Shown here piece after piece: positions 22,983 to 33,120 of a DNA stretch of 64,000 nt (its first letter is position 1; every line of letters starts with the position of its first letter). Under the pieces are notes generated by a model, which saw only the letters and a list, made by a program, of their open reading frames with translations, was not told the origin of the DNA and ran no database searches. The position numbers were made by a program, and so were the translations under genes. Where the stretch lies: positions 2,914,001 through 2,978,000 of the forward strand of contig CATNEN010000031.1 in assembly GCA_950097015.1 (NCBI GenBank), given 5' to 3'. The DNA comes from Macrostomum hystrix (Eukaryota > Animalia > Platyhelminthes).

Positions 22983-24465
22983 TTTTTATATTTGTTTCTA
23001 CTTCTATTATATTTTAGAAGAAGTAGTTAAAAAGACTTTTTATTGAGAAGTTAAATGCCCTTACGATAAAACCGCCTCCTAATGCAATCTTGACTATTTT
23101 TTAACATAAGTCTAGCTAGCTCTTCTTCCTTTATGCGTCAAAATTTATTTCGTGGAAAATAATATGTTCATAATTATGTGATCCATTGCATAAAGATCTC
23201 ACTAAAATTTTGCGAGTATTGAACAGGCAAAATAAACAAAATAAGCTTTTTCTAATCTGCTGACCAGGACTATCTGTATTAGTGATTGTTAGATTTGTTT
23301 TACCGTGACTGAGTAAACTACGGATTAATTTAGATCATCGATGCAAAAATGATATTATATAATTAGCAATATACACAGATATACCTAGATATGCATATAT
23401 ATTGATAGCTTTACATGTTTAGTGCATGAATGATTTTTCTTTATAGGAGAGCTATAAAGCTGCTTTAAAACTATAGTAGTTATTTGCTAATCATCCTTTC
23501 GAATAATTGGTTATAGCAGCGGACTGAAATAAGAGAATTAAAATAGCGAATGGCGAAAGTGGCTAGAATAAATTTAATGCAGAGTAGATTGCTTTTTTTG
23601 CTCCCGACAGAGAAGAAAGCTGATCCATTCGATGTGCTTAAATTTCACATCGAACATGCTAACAAAGAATAGACACAATCTTAAAAGATAAAAAATAGAC
23701 TGAATTTTATAGAGTGATCGCAGCTGCTACAGGGCTCCAAGTTTGGCTAGCCTAGGCCAGAGATTGCTTAGCATGAGCCAGAAAACTAACAGCAATATAG
23801 CATTTATTGTAATAATTTCAAACACGATAAACATTTTCCATGTAGCTATAAAGAAACGGCGTTACAAAAGCCGCGCTCACCCAACAAGTTACTCACAGGA
23901 CTACACTTTAGCATCTGCTGCATACTGGCTTACTAAATTGTCGCTTGAGAATCCCGACTCCCTACTACTAGAATTTCGAGATAAAAAACCTACGCTTTTT
24001 AGAGGTAAAAAAATAAAGCCAAACACAACAAAACCTATACTCGTAGGACCTGATATGTTTTCACCTATTTTTGGCTGAACACTGAACATGTTGCAGAATA
24101 AAGACTAATATAGACTAGTGCACATAGAGAGCATAATTGTAGTTGGTCGGCGACTTCAGACGTTTTTTTCAGTGTGTGCAGTCGTTCTAGCGTCCCTAGC
24201 TTGAGACAATGCCACGGGTTTTTATCTTGTGATATTTTTTGGATTTTAAGAACGACTAAAATAAAAAATGAAATCGACATAATCTTCAAAGAATGTTCTG
24301 AAGTTTTTACATGAAAAAAACATGTAGTCTAGTTTATCAGATCTTTGTTATCCTAGGAAAGGACGAAATACAGGGCTTATTGAAGCACATACTTATTAAG
24401 CTTTCGCAGTGTCTCTATGTCCCTCCATTTTGCGTCGATTTTAGCTGCTACTGATGTAATTTCCT

Positions 24466-24480
24466 GTTGCCAATGGCAAC
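24466..24480. promoter_or_regulatory. RFX X-box-like motif GTTGCCAATGGCAAC
   Basis: Inverted GTTGCC/GGCAAC half-sites with a 3-nt spacer, about 280 bp upstream of the calmodulin-like ATG. Confidence 0.55.
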
Positions 24481-24762
24481 GCTTCAAGAGCTCTATCTAG
24501 TCCTTAGTGGCGAAGTGATATAGCAGAAACTGTGAGGGTAGATATATGAGTGGACTCGCAAACTGTACAATTATATGTAGAGAAACGGCTACTCGGGGTG
24601 TGACCTGGTCTAACTTCACTGTACACACAGGAAAAAAGGCTGTGTCAACACACTCAAAGGCTTTTTTTATCTAGAACTTATATTAGTGTGAGCTCTGTGC
24701 TAAGATTCGTAGTTAAACGTTTAAAATATTTCTATCCAGACAGAGCAACAGCGGCAACAGCA

Positions 24763-27509
24763 ATGTCAGACTCTGATGAGGTAATAAAAAAGTATTTTTA
24801 AAATCAATTTGTTTTAATTGTTCGACTAAAAATCGTAGAAAGAATTATAAGTTTCTTCAAAATAAAAATAAAAATTGACATCCTCAGGTACCACAGGAGC
24901 GTCTGGACGAGGCGACAAGCTGTGGCTTTTCTGAGGACGAGGCCAAAGGTGAGTTGAGCAGTAGGACTACCAAGTCATTTGCCGCCCCCCCTTGGAAAAT
25001 TTTCTTGGCAGCGACCGAATGCTAACAGCATTGGGTGGTGGCTGATTGGTTGACAGACTAGGCGATGGTATACTCTGGTTGAGCTGCGCCTAATATTTAA
25101 GCTTGGTCTGTGAAATTGAAAAAATTCGCGTCAGAGTGTCCAATAGTGGCCTAGTTCCACCTGTTGTAGCCCCTGAAGGTCCAGCAGTCCGTCTAGATAA
25201 TTAGGTAGGTGACCACAGAATACGGAGATCATGATGCGCTGATAAGTTTTGAAGTCCTTGGCAAGGCCGCACTGAAGCGCAGTGCCAATTCGTGTATATA
25301 GGGGTGCATGAAATACAATGGGTATGAGATCGTCTTAACTAAAAAATCAAGACCCAAAACTTTTGCAGTGGTGTGGCGCTGTTTCTGCCTATTCGACGAG
25401 GACAACAGTGGCAGCATCGACGAGAACGAGCTGCGCAATGTGCTGCAAGTGGCCGACTGCGACGTTTCTGAGAACTCCGTCAAGAAGATGATGGAGGAGA
25501 TTGATACAGGTTTGCTTGGTTGATTGGCTGATTGACTGATTGGCTGATTGACTGATTGGCTGATTGGCTGATTGGCTGATTGACTGATTGGCTGATTGGC
25601 TGATTGGCTGATTGACTGATTGGCTGATTGGCTGATTGGCTGATTGACTGATTGGCTGTTTGCAGTGGCTGCGGACTGGACTAGTAGCTGGGGTGTGAGG
25701 CAGTAACTAATCCCTTTGAAGAGATTTTATAGACAAGGTAGGCTAGACATGACTGAAAGGAGCACATGGGAGGGGAACCGGGTAGGAGACAGGGGAGGAG
25801 ACTGGGGAGGAGACAGGGTAGAAGACAGTGTAGAAGACAAGGTAGGAGACCGGGGAGGAGACAGTGGATGAGACCGGGGAGGAGACAGTGGAGGAGACAG
25901 TGGAGGAGACAGTGGAGGAGACAGTGGAGGAGACAGTGGAGGAGACAGTGGAAGAGACAGGGGAGGAGACAGGGGAGGAGACTGGGGAGAAGACAGGGGA
26001 GGATACAGGGGAAGAGGCAGGGGAGACAGAGGAGGTAGATTGACAATGTAACAGACAGGGGATGTACAACAGTAGGTAAAAAGGCAGGAGAGGTGTATAT
26101 ACAGGGACAGGTAGATGTACTTGAGAAGGTAGACAGAGAAATATAATAATACATGATAAAAAGGTAAAGATAGCTGGGTATGCAAGGTTCTTTCCTAGAA
26201 GCAGAAGGACGCCAAAAATCCGTAGACCAAAGTTCCGGACCAAATCCCGCAGACGGCAATGGCACGGTCAGCTTCAAAGAGTTCTGCACAATGGCCAAGA
26301 AGAAGCAGAAGCAGAAGAATGATCGAGTTGAGAAGCTGCGGAAGGCTTTCAGCGTGAGTGCCCTAGATTCCAGTTTTGCATTTGTTTTATTGAATAAATA
26401 GTAAATCCGGAAATTTGTGCAACAGACCTTTGACACCGATGGCTCTGGCTATGTTGATCGCGACGAGCTAAAAGAGGGCTTGATGGCCATGGGCAAGGAG
26501 CCACTAAGCGAAGAGGAAATTGATAGCCTCATCAATATGGTGGACATGGATGGCGACGGCCAGCTGAGCATCGAGGGTGAGCAGTCGCTGCGAGTGGTGC
26601 ATTGTGTAGGATTCGGGGATGGCTGCAGTGCATTGTGTAGGATTTGGGGATGGCTGCAGTGCATTGTGTAGGATTTAGGGATGGCTGCAGTGCATTGTGT
26701 AGGATTTGGGGATGACTGCAGTGCATTGTGTAGGATTTGGGGATGGCTGCAGTGCATTGTGTAGGATTTGGGGATGACTGCAGTGCATTGTGTAGGATTT
26801 GGGGATGGCTGCAGTGCATTGTGTAGGATTTGGGGATGGCTGCAGTGCATTGTGTAGGATTTGGGGATGGCTGCAGTGCATTGTGTAGGATTTGGGAATG
26901 GCTGCAGTGCATTGTGTAGGATTTGGGGATGGCTGCAGTGCATTGTGTAGGATTTGGGGATGGCTGCAGTGCATTGTGTAGGATTCGGGGATGGCTGCAG
27001 TGCATTGTGTAGGATTTGGGGATGGCTGCAGTGCATTGTGTAGGATTTGGGGATGGCTGCAGTGCATTGTGTAGGATTTGGGAATGGCTGCAGTGCATTG
27101 TGTAGGATTTGGGGATGGCTGCAGTGCATTGTGTAGGATTTGGGAATGGCTGCAGTGCATTGTGTAGGATTTGGGGATGGCTGCAGTGCATTGTGTAGGA
27201 TTTGGGAATGGCTGCAGTGCATTGTGTAGGATTTGGGGATGGCTGCAGTGCATTGTGTAGGATTTGGGGATGGCTGCAGTGCATTGTGTAGGATTTGGGG
27301 ATGGCTGCAGTGCATTGTGTAGGATTTGGGGATGGCTGCAGTGCATTGTGTAGGATTTGGGGATGGCTGCAGTGCATTGTGTAGGATTTGGGGATGGCTG
27401 CAGTGAATTGTGTTGGATGCTGACACAGCTGATGCTGACAAACATTGCAGAATTCGCCCGGGTGCTGACCATGAGTGTGAGCGAGATGATTCAGCAGAAC
27501 TCGTCGTGA
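24763..27509 (+). CDS. Calmodulin-like four-EF-hand calcium-binding protein, 176 aa, 6 exons
   Basis: Exons 24763-24780, 24888-24948, 25369-25509, 26253-26353, 26426-26576, 27451-27509; phases consistent, total 531 nt. EF loops DEDNSGSIDENE, DTDGNGTVSFKE, DTDGSGYVDRDE, DMDGDGQLSIEE. Confidence 0.92.
25520..25658. repeat. 8-bp-based GATTG(G/A)CT simple repeat in CaM-like intron 3
   Basis: Seen directly. Confidence 0.9.
25765..26035. repeat. 12-bp repeat AGGAGACAGTGG in CaM-like intron 3
   Basis: Seen directly. Confidence 0.9.
26594..27405. repeat. 31-bp minisatellite in CaM-like intron 5
   Basis: Unit gcagtgcattgtgtaggatttggggatggct. Confidence 0.95.
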
Positions 27510-28214
27510 TCAATGATCGATTCCATAAGTAGTGTCAATTTACTGGACTTGAGATGAAAAACTATTAATTTTTATTGCAGTGACCTGAATCTTCGTTAAT
27601 TTGCATATATAAGAAAACGTGATATTCGATGATATTTTTAAAAATAAATAATAAATAGTAATGGGCCAGTGGCGTCGATGAGTTCTAAAGATTTTTGAGA
27701 ACACAATACTTTTTTGCATATTGCCTGGTATGCGAGTAAATATTTAAGCGAAAATCGAAAAAAAAAATAAAGTGGGCGTTTTTTTGTATATCTCGAGGTG
27801 AGTTTGAGCCCAAATGAGGCTGAAAACAAGTCTTCGAAATTTTATTTGAGTATCGCTCAAATAAATTACTCATATATACAGATTTATACAGAAATACAGA
27901 TGAAATTTTAACTAATCAAGTGTGCTGCAGAATTACACTAAATTTTAAACACTGGACATTCAAGTTAAAAGGGTTGACGGTGCGGTAGAAAAATGGGTTG
28001 CAGGAAAATGGGGTGGGTGCAGTTAAGGGAGATAAAATGGGACGGTGGGTGCATTAGGGTAGAGAAAATGGAGTGGTGCCGTTGGGTGAGAGAAAATGGG
28101 ACGGCAGTGAAGGGTGAGAAAATGGGGTGGGTGCAGTTGGGGGAGAGAGGAAATGGGGTGGTGGTTGCAGTAGGGTGAGAGAAAATGGGACGGCAGAGTA
28201 GGTGTTAGGAGGAG

Positions 28215-28275
28215 CTAAGGGCCGGATTTGGGAGCTTCGAGGGCCGCATCTGGCCCGCGGGCCGGAGGTTGCCGA
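28215..28275. mobile_element. Probable single terminus of a hAT-type MITE
   Basis: ggccgcatctggcccgcgggccggaggttgccgacccatg resembles common hAT-MITE right ends; no matching left end found. Confidence 0.4.
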
Positions 28276-29083
28276 CCCATGCTGTAGACAGTTAAGCAAA
28301 GTACACATGCAAACATATCAGTGATCGGTATTAAAAAAATAATCACGGATGTTATAGGACTTGTCAGAAAAGTCAAAATCTGTCTTTATCCATAGTCTAT
28401 ATTGTGCGCACATATCATGCCGAAAGATAGGCCTGCAGAGCATCAAATTAAACATAAATAAAAAATGTGTGCGACTCCAACCTCTTTAAAAAAAAAACTA
28501 ATTACATTGTAGTTAGATAGTTGCAATGCACAAGTAAAATACAATATTTCTGACTCGAAGCATCTAATTATCTTTAATTCATATTTCGTAAACAGAACAA
28601 CAATATCATGCGTTTTTAGAAGTAAAAGGTAAAAAACGAAAAAATGAAATTGCACTTTATTTGATGACTCAAAAACAAAACAGAGCGACACAGTGACTCA
28701 GCGCAGCAGTGAAAATTGGCATGAGGACTAGGAAAAAATAATTTTTTAGTCCTATACGATTAATATATATTGCGCGAAGATCCTATTATCAGTAGAGAAG
28801 CACACAATATTACTTCTCTAATTACGCTCATAGATCGTAAATCATGTTTTTCGCAACACTAAACAATATGAAAACTATAATAAACCTCAATAATACTAAT
28901 TATCTCTCGTTAAATAAGAAAGCAGGACGTAGACGAGCGCAAATCGTCCTTATCTGTCCCAGCCAATCAGCAAACAGGCCGATATATCTTGTTTCTAGCT
29001 CAGCCAATCAGCGAGTAGACCTAACATTAATTATGCTTATTCGGGTTCAGCCAATCAGCGAACACAACAGGTTCAACAGGCAG

Positions 29084-29407
29084 TTAGCCAACAGTCTCCG
29101 CTGGCACGAGGCGCATTCCCGCCACAGTCTGGAAGTAGATGAGGCCGGAGGACACGGCCAGCAGGGAGAACAGCACAAGGAGCACAACCCTTGGCACGTA
29201 CATGGTGTCAAACACGGCGCTGCGGTCAGCCAGCTGAGAGTCGCCACGCGGCAGGGTGACCAAAACGGCGGTGATGATGCCAACTATCAGCAGGAATGGC
29301 ACTCCGGCAAAACGGATACTCGAGTGAGTCCTGGCCGTGAACACCAGCAGCAGCAGGGCCAGGCCCCACAGCACCGCTAGCAATATGAGCCCTGTGCCGA
29401 TGGTCGC
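29084..29407 (-). CDS. TMEM218: TMEM218-like membrane protein, paralog B (107 aa from the acceptor; no own start codon)
   Basis: ATIGTGLILLAVLWGLALL...RFAGVPFLLIVGIITAVLVTLPR...VFDTMYVPRVVLLVLFS matches human TMEM218 as recalled (GVGAGVFILALLW...[23 protein letters not shown]...VDDFFIGRYVLL); starts right after ttttctag. Confidence 0.75.
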   Translation of the reverse strand, partial: ATIGTGLILLAVLWGLALLLLVFTARTHSSIRFAGVPFLLIVGIITAVLVTLPRGDSQLADRSAVFDTMYVPRVVLLVLFSLLAVSSGLIYFQTVAGMRLVPAETVG

Positions 29408-30227
29408 CTAGAAAATATCACGGGAATTCGGGGACAAAATGTGAAAATACTCAACTAATGCTACTTTTAGTAGGGGTAAATTAAAACTGATTCTTACGTT
29501 ATAGTTACGTTTTTTACTTTTAGATCTTGTCGTTGTAAATCACTATTGATTAAAAAATCTTAAGACAGTTATGCAAATGAAGATGATAAATATGTAAGCC
29601 AAATGAAGAACATATGAAAGTCAAACACCTATATCTTTATTTCTTTTAAGAATAAGTAAAAAACCAATGAGAATGTAAACTATAATTATAAAACGTGAAA
29701 TTGCACAGCATAACTAAAAATGATGACTAGTGTGAAATACAACCTCGGATTAATTTAGATCGAGTGTAGAAATTACATGAACACGAAGCATTAGGACTAT
29801 TCTTGCGTTGAGCACTGCTTAACTTATTAAGCTTTTGTAAATACCGCTGAAGACCAACTAGATCAAAGGTAAAAGTTTAGAATTTTGAGTTTGCTGCAAA
29901 TTTGCATACTTTTTGTGACCCTGAAAAGTCGGATGCTTCAAAGAAGTGCATGTAGCATTTTATACATTGTTTGTCGGGAGTTCTGGTAATCAGGGGTGGT
30001 GGGTGGGACCTGTGATTGGTCAATCGGAGTGTATAATCAGGGGTGGCTGGTGGGGCCCGTGATTGGTCAGTCGGGTGTACAAGCAGGGGTGGCAGTTAGG
30101 GCACATGATTGGTCAGTGAGGTGTACTAGCAGGGGTGGCGGGTGGGGCTGTTGTTTTGGTCAGTTGGGTGTACAAGCAGGGGTGGCGGGTGGGGCCTGTG
30201 ATTGGCCAGTGCATTGTGTTTCAGTTC

Positions 30228-30596
30228 TCAAATTCGAAGCGGCCTAGAAGCTGTCGCATGCAGCAAAGCCAGCTGCTGGAAGACGGTTGAGGCGAACGCT
30301 AGCGATAAGCCAGCCATCAGGCCGGCCCGACCAATCAGCATAAAGTCGACGGTAGCGGGGTCGGCCATTGGGCCAGATGGTCTTGGCATGCTGAGCAGTA
30401 CGACTGAGCTGAGAAGAGCTGCGGCAGTAATGCACAAGCCGACAGTTCGCCAGCTGGTTGAGGACTTCAGGCGGGCGGCCAGCAGCCAGGCCAGCAGGGC
30501 CAGGCACCACAGGCAGGCCAGGGCGACGATGCCTGGTCCGACACCATAGACCAGTGTGATAGCCTGCAAGGTGTTGAAATTCGGGCCCATGGTCAT
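30228..30596 (-). CDS. TMEM218: TMEM218-like membrane protein, paralog A (122 aa from ATG 30596, or 111 aa from the acceptor at 30563)
   Basis: LVYGVGPGIVALACLW...SVVLLSMPR...VDFMLIGRAGLM matches TMEM218 motifs as recalled; three hydrophobic segments. Confidence 0.82.
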   Translation of the reverse strand: MTMGPNFNTLQAITLVYGVGPGIVALACLWCLALLAWLLAARLKSSTSWRTVGLCITAAALLSSVVLLSMPRPSGPMADPATVDFMLIGRAGLMAGLSLAFASTVFQQLALLHATASRPLRI

Positions 30597-30739
30597 AAGA
30601 TTTAAGAGTAAAAGGAAAAAAACAATATTAAAAACTGATTGTAGAACTTAGGCTATTTAAGTTCAAACTCTGATGACAAAAACTAATTAAACAGACATTA
30701 TATTTATAATAATTATTAATTTATTTTTTGACCTGGCCC

Positions 30740-31000
30740 TAATTGGGTCACATGTGCAGCCGACAGCACAGCCGCAGCTATTGCCCGGCGTATCTGAAGG
30801 CTGCGCACGGCTGTTCAGTCCATGGACTCGGGGGACGCCGAACCCGCCATCAATTACCCAGCTAACGACAGTAGCAATTATCATCTGAGCGAACTGAAGC
30901 AATCTAGACACAAACTGTTTCAGTGGAGTCGAGAACCAAACCAACGCCGTTTAAAGGCGTGAGTCAGTCGCTCTAACCACTAGGCTAAAACCCCTCCATT
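30740..31000 (-). mobile_element. tRNA-derived SINE, family 2
   Basis: Reverse complement gives ggaggggttttagcctagtggttagagcg...gactccactgaaacag, homologous to the 19830 and 37431 copies. Confidence 0.7.
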
Positions 31001-33120
31001 GTAGCCTAGGCATTATGAAACAAATGAAACATGGTTTTAATTAGCTAACTTCAGTGATAATAATTTAGTCATTATTGATGATAAAGTCCGTTGATTGCAG
31101 TCATTAAAACAATCGACGCAGAAAAAAAGTAGATTCAAATTGACAAAATCGACTTATCAAAATACCTAAGTATCTGTATTTTTTCATAAAAAATATGTCA
31201 ATACTGATAACTATTATATACTCTACAAGTTTAGGAAAAACAGGTCATAGATAAAAATTAGCAATGAAAGATACTTATAAAGAGTTACATTCTTGTGCAA
31301 CATTTACAATTCTGAAGCTTGGAAAATCCTGGCATCTAGTTTCTGGACAGCATATTGACATCTAAAATACATTTATATTCAAAATTTATAAAATGCATAG
31401 CTTAGAGGGACAAAATATAAAAATGCCAGATATAAAAAATGTCAAACATTTTACAATGTCTTAATGACTAATAACATGAAGAAACTAGATAACATGCTGT
31501 TTTGTATAGATAAAGAATTGCAAATTATTTTTTTTTAGTAATAAAAAGCATCAAGGCTGGAATTATTGCATTAAATTTGATTCCAATGATTCGGTTAATA
31601 AATATTTCATGACATGACTTTCACGAATGACATGAAGCATCGGAAAAATTAGCATCCACTATACTAAAAATGAGATGAGGACACTGGACACCGGTGTCTT
31701 TCCTTCTTACCAAAGGTACTTCTTGGGATTGATTTTTTAATTGTTAATTTATAATTAAAACTGTATATAAAATTCATTTTGTTTGAAATTACCACCTATA
31801 AGTGGGTATAACCTCAACCATTTTCTTATTGGAAGACTAAGTATATTGGAAATCATGACATCAAGTTTCTCCGAACAGAAAAATGTTTTTATTCGATACT
31901 CAGCGTCCAGAAACGCAAGTACTGCAGCATGTAAATGAAGGGAACATGGTTAATGTATTAGCCATACAGGAATTATAATTTATAAACTAAGATTCCTTTC
32001 TACCAAAAAATAAGTCGACTCAATTTTTTATAAAAAAATTGTTTTATAAAATTTGCCTCAGGAGAATAAGTATTAGTTAAATATACATTCAACGTTAAAC
32101 TTAAACTCAAGGATAGTGTCTCTTATTGCCGAATAGGTTTCTTTTGTTTAACTATCATAAGCTTACGGTCGCGTTTTACGACATCACGTCCTTTTACTAA
32201 TTGTAACAACCGATTGTTTGTAAGCAAAGCACTTTTCGTTTACAAGCAAAAATATTAAGAGCATAATTGTTATTGCAGAAATTCATATTGAAAGCTAAGT
32301 TTATGCCCAAAGTTACACCCAATCAAAGACTAAATAGCATCACTGTTGTAAGCAGTAAGCAATACTAAATATGTAAGCAGTACTAAATAATGACTTACGC
32401 ATTGCAAAATGTCAATAGTTTTTATAAAATTAAGTGGATTTTACGTAAGAATTCGTAACTCGAGAAAGCTATATAAGTCGCTCGCTGCGGGTCCACTGTC
32501 ACGATATGATTGCGAGTGCCCAGCCCCCCAGCAAAAAGAATTATTTTTTAGCTATACGCTCGTATTAAGCTATTAGCTATACAGTGATACACTGTTAATG
32601 AGCGCTGCTAAGTAGTAAAGAAGCATCAGTAAATATAAAGAAAGTTTTTTTCTGTGACGTTTGCATAATAAAACGATTAAAATAGCACTTTTGTTGAACG
32701 GTGCCGCTTGTTCCAATTGCGATTTTATGCCAAATTACGTTTGCTTCATCGAATAAAGAAATAACATAAAGAAACGACGAGTTATCCAAATTCAAGGTTA
32801 TCTGGTGAACTAATTAGGCAAAAAGACATGAGCTATTGCTTGTATTTATATTTATTTGCTCTAAAAATGTGTGTTTTTAATGCCATTAGTTTATCTCGCT
32901 TACCACTCGCTACGCTTGCCGAGCTACACTGACTTAACCAAGTAAAAGGGACACAGAACACGGTGCATATTAACCAGCTTTCCGTATTAAAAACACAAAT
33001 CGATTGAAAGATTAAAGCCGACTATTTTACCCAACTAAAACATTAAGCAGTTTTCAAAAAACACGTAGAAAATTGAGTCAGTTGCAGCATCGCCTTTACA
33101 AAATAAACAGGCTAAGCCAA

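Noticed and set aside
23628-23654. Isolated 9-bp hairpin TTCGATGTG/CACATCGAA
   Set aside because: Single short stem with no supporting context; plausible by chance.
25681-27513. Long ORFs (251, 354, 281, 265 aa) in CaM-like introns
   Set aside because: They are translations of 12-bp and 31-bp tandem repeats that happen to lack stops.
28955-29060. Three CAGCCAATCAGC words as a CCAAT-box promoter
   Set aside because: They lie 3' of TMEM218B, and GATTGG/CCAATC words are common in this window's degenerate repeats.
29407-30228. Joining the two TMEM218-like ORFs as exons of one protein
   Set aside because: ORF A ends in its own stop with no suitable phase-0 GT donor, and both ORFs cover the same homologous region.
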